IMG/VR virus record: IMGVR_UViG_3300042330_000238
Location: 1 to 59,463 of that record
Length of the DNA stretch: 59,463 nucleotides
Reading direction: 5' to 3' (one strand)
Source: a virus
Taxonomy: Duplodnaviria; Caudoviricetes
Shown here: positions 25,358 through 35,079 of the stretch, in pieces
How positions within the stretch are numbered: the stretch's first letter is position 1
Layout of the letters: each line of letters begins with the position of its first letter
Position numbers and translations under genes: made by a program
The notes under the pieces: model-generated
Database searches by the model: none
The model's input: only the letters and a program-made list of their open reading frames with translations
What the model was told of the DNA's origin: nothing

Positions 25358-25996
25358 ATGATTGAAATAACAATTAAAAATCATTTAGGAGTATTAATTG
25401 GTTCGATTGAAAAAATATATAAAAGAGCACAGCTTATTGGAAAGTTAGAAATTATAGATATATATTATTTAAATATAATTTATAAACTATTAAATAAACT
25501 TGAATTGACAAATGATGAAAATAATCAATTAATTGATTATTATAATAAATTATCATTTTACTCAGAAAATATTTGTCCTCCAAAAGTTATTAAAAAATAT
25601 CAAACAACTCCTAAACCTAAATTTGAACAAGCTGAAAATACAGATTGTAATACAGTAATTAAAAATCAATCTATATTATATTGGCAAGAAGTTTATACAT
25701 TAAATAATTCTCAAATAACAGAATTAGTTGATGATACTAATTATTTAGTAAATATACCTTCAGATACATATGAAAACTTTGAACTAGGTAAAAATATAGA
25801 TTATACTAAAATAGGTAAAATTGTATTTTTAGCTTTAGAATCTAATACTACTGATTATATAGTTAAAGACGGATTAGATAACAATGTGACTCATACTTTT
25901 AATATTCAATTAATACCTGAATTAAATGCAACTTTATTTATATCAGATAATACATATAGTCACGGAATAATGAAATTTAAAATAATCAAACAATAA
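25358..25996 (+). CDS. Tail structural protein
   Basis: 212 aa within the tail module. Confidence 0.55.
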   Translation: MIEITIKNHLGVLIGSIEKIYKRAQLIGKLEIIDIYYLNIIYKLLNKLELTNDENNQLIDYYNKLSFYSENICPPKVIKKYQTTPKPKFEQAENTDCNTVIKNQSILYWQEVYTLNNSQITELVDDTNYLVNIPSDTYENFELGKNIDYTKIGKIVFLALESNTTDYIVKDGLDNNVTHTFNIQLIPELNATLFISDNTYSHGIMKFKIIKQ

Positions 25997-27927
25997 TGGA
26001 TTATACAAATATACCTACGGGTTTAAAAATAACTACACAAATTCCTTTAAACGTTAAAGAGTTTTCTAAAGATGAAGCTACTTTAGCATATTTAGGAGTT
26101 GATAATAATTTAGCATTTACATATCACGATCAATTAGAAGTATTATGTTTAGCTGAAAAATCAATATACGTATGGAGAGAAGTACAAATTGGTGAAGAAA
26201 ATACAGGATTAGTTCCTTTAGATTTTACATATCCTACAGGTCTTCCTACAGTATATGATATTAATTATTCAGGTAAAAAATATAATTTCTTTTTAAAAGA
26301 ATATGTAACAACAGATACACTTCAAGATTTAATAAAGATTGAAAATGTTGGAACAGGAGCTGAAGTTTATAAAGGATTTAACAGTACTACTAATAAACAT
26401 GAAATAAAAACTGTTATTATAGATAGTCAATCAAGCAATGGAGAATCTTTTGTAAGAGATGTTCAAGAAAATACAAACGATATTACTGTAAGAATAAAAA
26501 AATTAGTTTCAGATAATTTAACTATTACTTCTACAAATGATGAAGTTAGAATTGAAACACCTTCTACTGCAAGTATTCCAGCATTATATATAAACAGTTT
26601 ATATGTACCTACTTATAATGAATGGTTAACTGAAAATAAAGAACAAAATGGAGGTACTGCTGTATTAGGATTTGTATTTATAGGAAAAGGTAGTTTAGCA
26701 CAACCTTTTACAAACTCTATTACATACCCATTATTAGGAGGAACAGCAACTATAACAGCAGATACAGCTATTCAAAATGCTTTAGACGGAGATATAACGT
26801 ATGCTTTTCCATATAGTTATGTAGGAACAGGTAGCAGACTATTACCACAAAGAAGTGGACAAAAAATTATTGTACAAAGTAATAATGTTGCATATATTTT
26901 TCCAAATGATTTAAATTACTCTAATTTATATATTAAATTTGAAGAAAATATAAGTTTTAGTACTACAGGTTATATAGTAGACATGGATAATACTGCATAT
27001 TTTAATTCTGAATCTTCAATAGTGACTATAGAAATTGCTGAAAATAAAAATTTAGATATTAGTGACACTTTAGGATTTAGAAATTCAGGAAACACATCAA
27101 GCACGCCACCTTCTTATACTTCAGGAAGAATACTCACTTTTAGAGGAGAAGGAGCTTTATACTCTCAATATAATGGTGCAGATGTACTTACAAAATACAT
27201 TTTTAATGGAGAAGGAAACGATAATGATGATAATTTACACTATGATGTAAGATGTAGAGTTGTAGCAATATATCAAGGTATTTATTTGTGTAAAAATAAA
27301 ATGAGAATTGATTTTTATAATAAACTTCAATCAGGACAATTATTTTTAGATGTAAACTTAGGATTGCAAGCCTTTAAAATGACAGGAGGGCAAGTCAGAT
27401 TTTATGAGAAAGGGTCAATTGCATTTGGTAATTCAAATGGAAGAACTTACGGAGTTACTTTTGAACCGCAAGGTGCAGGAATAGGATATTGTAGTTTTCA
27501 ATTAAACAAAGCACAAATAGCAGGAAGCATACAATATTGTTTTGTAAGATTAAATAATGAAACAGTTGACTTTTTAGCATTTAATTCTCCAAGTGGTGAT
27601 GGTTTTAGCACTACTAATCCAGGAACTAATACTGTAATACAAGGATTGTTTCAAAATCTAGGAGCTTCTAAATGGGGAATAAATATGAAAAATTGTGTAT
27701 TTTCATACACAGGAATAGATTTTGATAAAGTAGATTTAACTTTAGGTAATAACCAATCAACAGTAAATTTCATAGGAAACAATGTTGTTGAAAGTTTAAT
27801 AATTAAACCTAGTAGAGCACAAGCAATTATTGACGGAATACCGTTATATTCAGCATATATAAAAACTTCAGGTGTAGCTTATCCTTCTACATCAGGATGG
27901 GTTAGAGATATTGTATTACCTGCTTAA
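25996..27927 (+). CDS. Tail fibre/spike protein
   Basis: 643 aa, G/T/N-rich and beta-rich; NVGTGAEVYK fibre motif. Confidence 0.65.
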   Translation: MDYTNIPTGLKITTQIPLNVKEFSKDEATLAYLGVDNNLAFTYHDQLEVLCLAEKSIYVWREVQIGEENTGLVPLDFTYPTGLPTVYDINYSGKKYNFFLKEYVTTDTLQDLIKIENVGTGAEVYKGFNSTTNKHEIKTVIIDSQSSNGESFVRDVQENTNDITVRIKKLVSDNLTITSTNDEVRIETPSTASIPALYINSLYVPTYNEWLTENKEQNGGTAVLGFVFIGKGSLAQPFTNSITYPLLGGTATITADTAIQNALDGDITYAFPYSYVGTGSRLLPQRSGQKIIVQSNNVAYIFPNDLNYSNLYIKFEENISFSTTGYIVDMDNTAYFNSESSIVTIEIAENKNLDISDTLGFRNSGNTSSTPPSYTSGRILTFRGEGALYSQYNGADVLTKYIFNGEGNDNDDNLHYDVRCRVVAIYQGIYLCKNKMRIDFYNKLQSGQLFLDVNLGLQAFKMTGGQVRFYEKGSIAFGNSNGRTYGVTFEPQGAGIGYCSFQLNKAQIAGSIQYCFVRLNNETVDFLAFNSPSGDGFSTTNPGTNTVIQGLFQNLGASKWGINMKNCVFSYTGIDFDKVDLTLGNNQSTVNFIGNNVVESLIIKPSRAQAIIDGIPLYSAYIKTSGVAYPSTSGWVRDIVLPA

Positions 27928-27939
27928 AATAAATAAAAT

Positions 27940-28698
27940 ATGTCAGTACAAATTAATAATGAAGATTATGCAAAACCTTGGAGACCTGGCGTATATCCTA
28001 AATCAACTACTGTAATATATAATAACCAACTATGGATTCTTAATGATTCTATAGTTGGTTTATTTAGTAGTTCAGATTTTTTAACTGAAGTTGCTAATGG
28101 AGATTGGATTGGAAGATATACTAAAGAAGGGGATTTTGCCACTGTAGCATTTTCAGGAGATTATAATGATTTAATAAATCAACCAGTTATCCCAGCAACA
28201 CAAATAAAAGAAATTGTTTATTTACAAAATAGATGGACTTTAACAAATGCTAATGTTTATTATAGATCTCGTGGAGATTATTCTGGATTTAATGACATGA
28301 TAATGGTTACTCAAATGGTAGGAACTTCTGATTATGCTAGTTTATCTCAAGCAAATAGAAGTAACTCTAGTTTCTTTTACGTAGCAAACGGTAATAAAAA
28401 ATTAGATAAAATTTATTTAGATATTTCAAGTGGAGGAACTACAACAACTAGTTATACAATAATGGTTGTAGCTTGTCAAAGAGTGAATTCTTCTAGTACA
28501 AATACATCTACGATAAATGAAATAAATTTAGGAGAATATAGTGTAACAAAGGCAAGTGGTGACGTAACTTCTTTTTATACAATAACTCCAATTGATGTTA
28601 CAATTCCTGATGGTTATATTGTTACGTATTTTCTAAAAAGATTAGATGGAACAGCGGAAGTAAATGTAACAACACATTTTCACTTTAAAAATATTTAA
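27940..28698 (+). CDS. Tail fibre-associated protein
   Basis: ATVAFSGDYNDLINQP fibre repeat motif. Confidence 0.65.
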   Translation: MSVQINNEDYAKPWRPGVYPKSTTVIYNNQLWILNDSIVGLFSSSDFLTEVANGDWIGRYTKEGDFATVAFSGDYNDLINQPVIPATQIKEIVYLQNRWTLTNANVYYRSRGDYSGFNDMIMVTQMVGTSDYASLSQANRSNSSFFYVANGNKKLDKIYLDISSGGTTTTSYTIMVVACQRVNSSSTNTSTINEINLGEYSVTKASGDVTSFYTITPIDVTIPDGYIVTYFLKRLDGTAEVNVTTHFHFKNI

Positions 28699-28702
28699 AA
28701 AA

Positions 28703-28894
28703 ATGAGCAGAAAAGAAAAAATAGATTTTTATCTAGGAAAATTAATGAGTAGAAAATTATTAGCATTTGTAATAGCATCTGTAGGTTTATTTACAGGACA
28801 TGTTACAGATACTAATTGGGTTATATTAGCCACAGCATATGTTTCTATTGAAGGATTTACAAATATTGTTGAAAGATTAAAACACAATGGATAA
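28703..28894 (+). CDS. Putative holin
   Basis: 63 aa, SRKLLAF plus 2 TM segments, upstream of the endolysin. Confidence 0.65.
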   Translation: MSRKEKIDFYLGKLMSRKLLAFVIASVGLFTGHVTDTNWVILATAYVSIEGFTNIVERLKHNG

Positions 28895-29087
28895 AACAAT
28901 GATACACGAATTTAAACTAACTATAATAAATTTTATAGTAATTGCTTTTGCTTTTACTAATATTGAAACAATACTTAAACCAATTGCATTGTTTATATCA
29001 ATTATATATACAATTTATAAAATAATTGAATTACATCAAAAATTTAAAGATAGAAAAAATGGATCAGATAAGTCTGGAGAGGATTAA
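28887..29087 (+). CDS. Putative holin/antiholin
   Basis: 66 aa, hydrophobic with a charged C-tail, overlaps the endolysin start. Confidence 0.6.
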   Translation: MDKTMIHEFKLTIINFIVIAFAFTNIETILKPIALFISIIYTIYKIIELHQKFKDRKNGSDKSGED

Positions 29088-29577
29088 AACACTTCATCCT
29101 AAAATTAGAAAAGAAGTTTTAGAATTATATACTAAAGTTAATAATTTAGAATTAGGTAAAGGAGTTAGATTAAGATTATCTTATACTTTTAGAACACATG
29201 AAGAACAAGATGAATTATTTAAAAAACGACCTAAAGTAACTAATGCTAAAGGTGGTCAATCAATTCATAATTATGGATTAGCATTTGATATTGTACTTAT
29301 GTATGATAAAGATGGTGATGGTAAATTTGAAGAAGTTTCATGGGATACTAAAAGAGATGGTGATAAAGATGGAATATCAGATTGGTTAGAAGTAACTAAA
29401 GTATTTACATCTGGAGGATATACTAATGGTTTTATAACCAATGGTAAAAAATGGGATTTACCTCATTTTCAAAAAGATTTTGGTTTATCGTGGCAAAAAA
29501 TGAAAACTAAAATAGATAATGATGATTTTACATCTGAAATAATAAACGGATATACTTATAAATATATAAACATTTAA
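29059..29577 (+). CDS. Endolysin, M15 L-Ala-D-Glu peptidase
   Basis: LHP, R...EQ..L, VTNAKGGQSIHNYGLAFD, DLPHFQ. Confidence 0.9.
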   Translation: MDQISLERIKTLHPKIRKEVLELYTKVNNLELGKGVRLRLSYTFRTHEEQDELFKKRPKVTNAKGGQSIHNYGLAFDIVLMYDKDGDGKFEEVSWDTKRDGDKDGISDWLEVTKVFTSGGYTNGFITNGKKWDLPHFQKDFGLSWQKMKTKIDNDDFTSEIINGYTYKYINI

Positions 29578-29578
29578 T

Positions 29579-29950
29579 ATGAAATTATTAATACAAAAAA
29601 CTTATAGCAATACATCTAATATTGTTAGATTAGAAATGTTATCTACTGAATTTAATACAGTAATTAAAACAATTAAAGAAAATGAAATACCTGTAATTGT
29701 TTTTACAGATACTGATGAATTTTTTCTAATTAATAATATTAATGAATTAATTGTTAATTCAAAAACAACTACTGACGTAATATTAAATATTTTAAATGAT
29801 GATTTAATAAGTCTAGGTTCTTCAGCTTCAAATAGTATTAGTAAATCTGTAGGAGATACATATACTACAAACGCTATTATAACATTAACTCAAGCAGAAT
29901 ATGATGCTATTACAACTAAAGACGACGAAACACTTTATTTTATAGTATAA
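29579..29950 (+). CDS. Tail fibre adaptor-like protein
   Basis: C-terminal LTQAEYDAITTKDDETLYFI motif. Confidence 0.65.
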   Translation: MKLLIQKTYSNTSNIVRLEMLSTEFNTVIKTIKENEIPVIVFTDTDEFFLINNINELIVNSKTTTDVILNILNDDLISLGSSASNSISKSVGDTYTTNAIITLTQAEYDAITTKDDETLYFIV

Positions 29951-31503
29951 TGAAAATAGGAAACAATGATATATCAGATTTAAAAATAGGTGATAATCAA
30001 GTTAATAATGTATTCTTAGGAGAAACTTTAGTTTGGGAAAAGCTTACTGAAGTGTTAATGGTTTCAGCCCCTGTAACTTACGGAAGTTATCTTGTTGGTG
30101 GTAGTGGTATAGTTGTAACTGATGGAGTTTGGAATAATGCTGATACTATCTCTTACCAATGGAAAAGAAATGGAAGTGATATTTCAGGAGCCACAACAAA
30201 CACTTACACTCCTTTACTTACTGATGAAAACCTACCTATAACCTGTGTTGTTACAGCTACAAACGAGTCAAACTCTTTAAATTATACAACAGCTCCATTT
30301 ACTTTAAAAGCTGGTTTATTATTTAATACTTCTTTAAATAATTTAGATTTTGGAGCGAACCAAACCACTCCAAATGATTGGACTGTAACTGCAAGATTTG
30401 ACAGACTTAATAAAACAAAAGATTTCTTTTTATTGGGAGGAACAAGTTCAGCAGGATTAAGATTTGAAGGCTCTAATTTTATTTTAAATTCAGGAGGTAC
30501 TAATTATTCATCAGCAATAACGAGTGGTGATAGTATTGATGTTAGACAATTCTTAAACGGAAATAATACTTGGGAATTTATAAAAGTTGGAACTACATTA
30601 ACGTGCAAAGTTAACGGTCAATTATTGAAATCAATTACCGTTGGCGCTACTGCTTCTTTGACTTATAGAAGAATTGGTAGATGGAATACTAATAATGCTT
30701 ATGATTTTGATGGAGTTTTAGACTATATTAATATCAATGGAACGTTGTATAATTCCCTTAATAATTGGGGTGGATTAACTCAATCAGGAGTTACAAAAAC
30801 TCAAATTTATTACGGTGAAATGGAAGATTCTATTTTTGTTGGTGGTCAATCAAATGCGGTTGCTAGAAATAATCAAGCTGATAATGCTTATCTAGGAATT
30901 ACATTTCCAATTGCTAAATCTAAATATTGGAATAATACATCTTTTACTTATCAAGACACAGTATTTGGTATTAATCAAGCATCAGATCCTGCTGGAAATT
31001 GGGGTGTTGAGTTTAGAAACGCTTATAATTTATCGCAAGTAAATCGCCAAAACTATCTTTTAAAATATGCTATTGGTGGAACTTCAATGGCTACTACTTG
31101 GATAGGAGGATCTTATACTATTGCTAAATTAATGGCTAGAACAGGTAGAGCTTTTAAAAATTTTATTTGGATTCAAGGAGAATCAGATGCTACAAATTTA
31201 ACTTGGGCTAATGCTTACCAAGCTAACTTAATTGAGTTTATCAGAAGAGTTAGAATGTATAGTACTTATGGAGACGATTTAAAATTTATCATATTTAGAT
31301 TACCAAATATCACACGTCCTGAATATTTATATGTAAGTACTATTCAAGCTGCTCAGGATTATGTTGCTGCAAATGTAGCTAATGTTGAATTAATAACTGC
31401 TCCAATAGGATGGAATGCTCCAGATGGTGAACATTATGACGCACCAACAATTGATGCAATAGCAGTTAAAATGTATAATGAATTACAATTAAGAACAGTT
31501 TAA
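29950..31503 (+). CDS. Tail spike with Ig-like, lectin-like and SGNH (SASA/CE6-type) acetylesterase domains
   Basis: N-terminal IG..DI..LKIG..QV..VFLG..LVW; YQWKRNG..I.GAT..TY Ig motif; GQSNA, WIQGESD and DGEHY catalytic blocks. Confidence 0.8.
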   Translation: MKIGNNDISDLKIGDNQVNNVFLGETLVWEKLTEVLMVSAPVTYGSYLVGGSGIVVTDGVWNNADTISYQWKRNGSDISGATTNTYTPLLTDENLPITCVVTATNESNSLNYTTAPFTLKAGLLFNTSLNNLDFGANQTTPNDWTVTARFDRLNKTKDFFLLGGTSSAGLRFEGSNFILNSGGTNYSSAITSGDSIDVRQFLNGNNTWEFIKVGTTLTCKVNGQLLKSITVGATASLTYRRIGRWNTNNAYDFDGVLDYININGTLYNSLNNWGGLTQSGVTKTQIYYGEMEDSIFVGGQSNAVARNNQADNAYLGITFPIAKSKYWNNTSFTYQDTVFGINQASDPAGNWGVEFRNAYNLSQVNRQNYLLKYAIGGTSMATTWIGGSYTIAKLMARTGRAFKNFIWIQGESDATNLTWANAYQANLIEFIRRVRMYSTYGDDLKFIIFRLPNITRPEYLYVSTIQAAQDYVAANVANVELITAPIGWNAPDGEHYDAPTIDAIAVKMYNELQLRTV

Positions 31504-31505
31504 TT

Positions 31506-32120
31506 ATGAATTTAATTAAAAAATATTTTTGGCAAATATTAGTTGTAGGATTAGTTATTTTACTTTTCCTACAACGTAGTTGTCAATCAGACGATAAGAT
31601 AGATAATTCAGGAATAATAGTTACTCCTCCAAAAATAGGAGGTTTTGACTATTATAAACCTAAAGAATTAAAAGGAACTAAATATATTCATATAACCACT
31701 AAAGGAGATACTATTGAAATAGAAAATCAAGTAAATAAAGATTTAGAATCTAAATATTTAAATGCTTTATCTGAAAATGAAAAGCTAAAATTATATTTAC
31801 AAGCAATTCAAAAAAGAACATATGTCGATTCTTTAGAAGATAAACATATTAAGTTTAGTTATACTGCTTTAACAACAGGTACTTTAGATAGTATTAAATT
31901 TAATTATGAAGTTAAATCAGATACACTTAAAATTAAACAACCTGTGTTTAGGTTATTAGGTGGACCATCTTTAGAATTTAATTATCTTACAATGAAACCT
32001 TCTATAGGATTTAACTTAGGTTTTCAGAATAAAAAAGGTAATATACTAACAGGAGGTATTAATTCTTCACAAGAAATAACTATTGGTTATTATCATAATT
32101 TGTGGACAATTAAAAAATAA
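31506..32120 (+). CDS. Putative spanin-like membrane protein
   Basis: N-terminal TM ending QRSC; C-terminal amphipathic beta strands; near the lysis genes. Confidence 0.45.
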   Translation: MNLIKKYFWQILVVGLVILLFLQRSCQSDDKIDNSGIIVTPPKIGGFDYYKPKELKGTKYIHITTKGDTIEIENQVNKDLESKYLNALSENEKLKLYLQAIQKRTYVDSLEDKHIKFSYTALTTGTLDSIKFNYEVKSDTLKIKQPVFRLLGGPSLEFNYLTMKPSIGFNLGFQNKKGNILTGGINSSQEITIGYYHNLWTIKK

Positions 32121-32152
32121 TTAAAAAAAGATATAAAATAATTGGTAAAAAA

Positions 32153-32184
32153 TTTGGATTTCTCAATTATTTGTATTATCTTTG
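32153..32184 (+). promoter_or_regulatory. Bacteroidota sigma-A-type promoter
   Basis: TTTG-N20-TATCTTTG. Confidence 0.8.
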
Positions 32185-32206
32185 TATTAATTATAAAACA
32201 TATAGT

Positions 32207-33133
32207 ATGAAGTTGGAAGAAATTAAGGAATTTTTAATAAATAAACCTGGTTATAAAAAAGAAGGTTCTAAACGATTAAGAGATCATTTAGTTAGAAAAG
32301 GATTTAATGTTACTACAAATCAATGTAAAATTGCATTAAGAGAAACTAGAAGCTTAGAAACTTTTGAAAAACAAAAATCACTAGGTAAAATTCTTATCTA
32401 TGATTTAGAAACATCACCTAATGTAGGATGGTTTTGGAGAGCAGGTTTTAAACAAAATATTAATACAAATCAAATATTAAAAGAACGTGCCATTATATGT
32501 GTATCATATAAATGGTTAGGTGAAGATACTGTTTACAATTTAACTTGGGATAAAAATCAATGTGATAAATTCTTAATTGAACAATTTGTAGAAGTATTAA
32601 ACGAAGCTGATTTAATTGTAGCACATAACGGAGATAATTTTGATATTAAATGGTTTAAAACTAGAGCGTTATATCACAGAATTCCAACATTACCTAATTA
32701 TAAACAATTTGATACTTTAAAAGTAGCTAAATCAAAACTTTATTTAAATTCAAATAGATTAGATTATATTTCTAAATTTTTAGGATTTGAAGGTAAAATA
32801 CAAACTACTCCTGATTTATGGGATAAAGTAGTAATGAAAAATGACAGAGAAGCATTAAAGGACATGTTAGATTATTGTGATGAAGATGTTAGACAATTAG
32901 AAAAAGTTTATAATGAATTACAATATTTAGATAATCCTAGAATTCATGCAGGTGTTTTAAATGGTCAAGTAAAACAAACATCTCCTATTACAGGTACTTT
33001 TAATATTGAACATTTTAAAACTATTACTACAAACTCAGGAACTATTAAACATATAATGATAGATCTCGATACTAATAGAGCTTTTGAAATGAGTGATACG
33101 AACTATAAGAAATTTTTAGAGATAAATAAATAA
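32207..33133 (+). CDS. DEDD/RNase H-like 3'-5' exonuclease (YprB/RNase_H_2-like)
   Basis: IYDLET, AHNGDNFD, DTLK, YCDEDV; ATG at 32207 lies downstream of the promoter. Confidence 0.85.
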   Translation: MKLEEIKEFLINKPGYKKEGSKRLRDHLVRKGFNVTTNQCKIALRETRSLETFEKQKSLGKILIYDLETSPNVGWFWRAGFKQNINTNQILKERAIICVSYKWLGEDTVYNLTWDKNQCDKFLIEQFVEVLNEADLIVAHNGDNFDIKWFKTRALYHRIPTLPNYKQFDTLKVAKSKLYLNSNRLDYISKFLGFEGKIQTTPDLWDKVVMKNDREALKDMLDYCDEDVRQLEKVYNELQYLDNPRIHAGVLNGQVKQTSPITGTFNIEHFKTITTNSGTIKHIMIDLDTNRAFEMSDTNYKKFLEINK

Positions 33134-33140
33134 CAAACTC

Positions 33141-33168
33141 AAGCCTTCAAGAAATTGAGGGCTTTTTT
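33141..33168 (+). terminator. Intrinsic terminator
   Basis: AAGCCTTCAA-GAAA-TTGAGGGCTT plus T tract. Confidence 0.85.
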
Positions 33169-33179
33169 AATATCCATAC

Positions 33180-33866
33180 ATGGCAACAATTAGAGAACTT
33201 GAATACGACGTTAGAGAAGCTTTACGTCAGTACACAGATGATAGTGAAATATCGTCAAAATATATTATGTATTTATGGGGAATTAAACGAAGTAAATATC
33301 TTCGTAATGATTTAAATAATTTACAAAAAACAATTGATACTTCAATACTTCAAACATTATGTTTAGAGTTAGAAGAAGTAAATGTTAATCAGTGTGGTTT
33401 AGATTTAGAATGTGAAACAATAATGCGTACTAAAAAAGCTATTCCTAAACCTTTAGAATTACATTTAAAAAGTGCACTAACAACAATTAAGCCTACTAAT
33501 AGAATAGAATTACCTTTTAATTTTGTAACAAAACAACGTGCAATATTTAGTAAATATTCTACATTTAATCAAGCAGTATATGTTTTTTTAGATGATGATA
33601 TGCACATTTATTTATTTAGTGAAAATGACGCTGTAAAATTAATTGAATGTATAACAGTTACAGGTATTTTTGAAAATCCTTTAGATTTAAAAAACTATTT
33701 TAATTGTTGTGGATGTGAACAACCTTCTACGTGTTTTAATGAAGATATTACTCAATATCCACTACAATCACATCACATAGATAGTATTCGTGAAGAAATT
33801 GTTAAAACATTGTTAGGTACATTACAAATACCTGAAGATAAAAATAATAACACAGATGATAATTAG
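33180..33866 (+). CDS. Tail ring protein
   Basis: QTLCLELEEV, GIFENP, YPL motifs; crAss synteny. Confidence 0.7.
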   Translation: MATIRELEYDVREALRQYTDDSEISSKYIMYLWGIKRSKYLRNDLNNLQKTIDTSILQTLCLELEEVNVNQCGLDLECETIMRTKKAIPKPLELHLKSALTTIKPTNRIELPFNFVTKQRAIFSKYSTFNQAVYVFLDDDMHIYLFSENDAVKLIECITVTGIFENPLDLKNYFNCCGCEQPSTCFNEDITQYPLQSHHIDSIREEIVKTLLGTLQIPEDKNNNTDDN

Positions 33867-34368
33867 ACGTACAGAAGGTAAAATTAATGTTGATTATGGA
33901 TTAAGAGATTATTATAAATATTATAATAAAAACAATAAACAAGCTGTTGATTCTAAACTTTTTAATAAAATCATTAGTGAATTTAATAAAAATATTGTAG
34001 AATTAATAATTGAAAAGGATTTAGAGTTTACTCCTATAATGTTACAATTTACTTTTTGTGTAAGAAAAATAAAAAAAGTTCCTAAGATAGAAAATGGTAA
34101 ATTAGTTAATAATAATCCTATTGATTGGAAAACAACTAAAGAATTGTGGGAATCAGATAATGAAACTAAAGAAAAGAAGATTATTATTAAATATAGTAAT
34201 AATCACACATCTAAATATGTGTTTAGAATAAAAGCATTAAAAACTGGTTTTACATATAAAAACAAACAACTATATCGTTTTAAAGCTTGTAGATCATTTC
34301 AAAGAATGCTTGCTAAACGAATATTAGATCCAAATAAAGAAAATTTTAACGCTTTTAAATTATATTAA
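33856..34368 (+). CDS. IHF-like crAss-conserved protein
   Basis: Basic protein; PIDWKTTKELW, N.HT..Y, YRFKACR..R.LAK. Confidence 0.7.
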   Translation: MIIRRTEGKINVDYGLRDYYKYYNKNNKQAVDSKLFNKIISEFNKNIVELIIEKDLEFTPIMLQFTFCVRKIKKVPKIENGKLVNNNPIDWKTTKELWESDNETKEKKIIIKYSNNHTSKYVFRIKALKTGFTYKNKQLYRFKACRSFQRMLAKRILDPNKENFNAFKLY

Positions 34369-34369
34369 A

Positions 34370-35077
34370 ATGATAAATGGATTACAAATAAGTTTAGGAA
34401 ATATCATATGGAAAGTTATGAGAAATCCTCTAGCTTTAGAATTAACATATGAACAAGCATCGGAATTTGCTTTAGAATTTATTAGATTAGTAGGAACTCC
34501 TCTAATATATATAGATGAAATTAAAAAACTAGAAATTAAAAATTATAAGACATCAATTCCTACAAACATTATAAATGTTAGAGGAATTCGTTATTTAGGA
34601 ACAGACGGTTGTCAAGATCCTATTGCTATGAGATATGCTACTGATTTATATCATGACTCTCAAGATAACAGTGATTATCCTACAGAATATACTTACACTT
34701 TACAAAATTGTGTAATAACCACTTCTCAAAAAGAAGGATTTATTGAAATTTCATATAAAGCATTGAGTGTTGATGAACATGGATATCCTTTAGTACCAGA
34801 TAATGAATCTTTTAAATATGGTTTAGAATATTTTATTTTACATAGATATGTAGAACCATTGTGGATGATGGGTAAAATACAAGATAAAGTTTTTCAATAT
34901 TTAAGTCAACAAAGAGATTGGTATTTAGGACAAGCAGATACTTCTACTAAAATACAAGGAATGGATCAATTAGAAAGTATGATGAATGGTTTAAATAGAA
35001 TAATTATTCAAGATCAATCATATGATACTTTTTATAAAAACTTTGGTCAAAAAGAATATACTAAAAAATATCATTAA
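34370..35077 (+). CDS. Tail tubular/ring protein (P22 gp4-like)
   Basis: G.IEISYKA..VDE.GYPLVPD motif; precedes the muzzle gene. Confidence 0.75.
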   Translation: MINGLQISLGNIIWKVMRNPLALELTYEQASEFALEFIRLVGTPLIYIDEIKKLEIKNYKTSIPTNIINVRGIRYLGTDGCQDPIAMRYATDLYHDSQDNSDYPTEYTYTLQNCVITTSQKEGFIEISYKALSVDEHGYPLVPDNESFKYGLEYFILHRYVEPLWMMGKIQDKVFQYLSQQRDWYLGQADTSTKIQGMDQLESMMNGLNRIIIQDQSYDTFYKNFGQKEYTKKYH

Positions 35078-35079
35078 TT

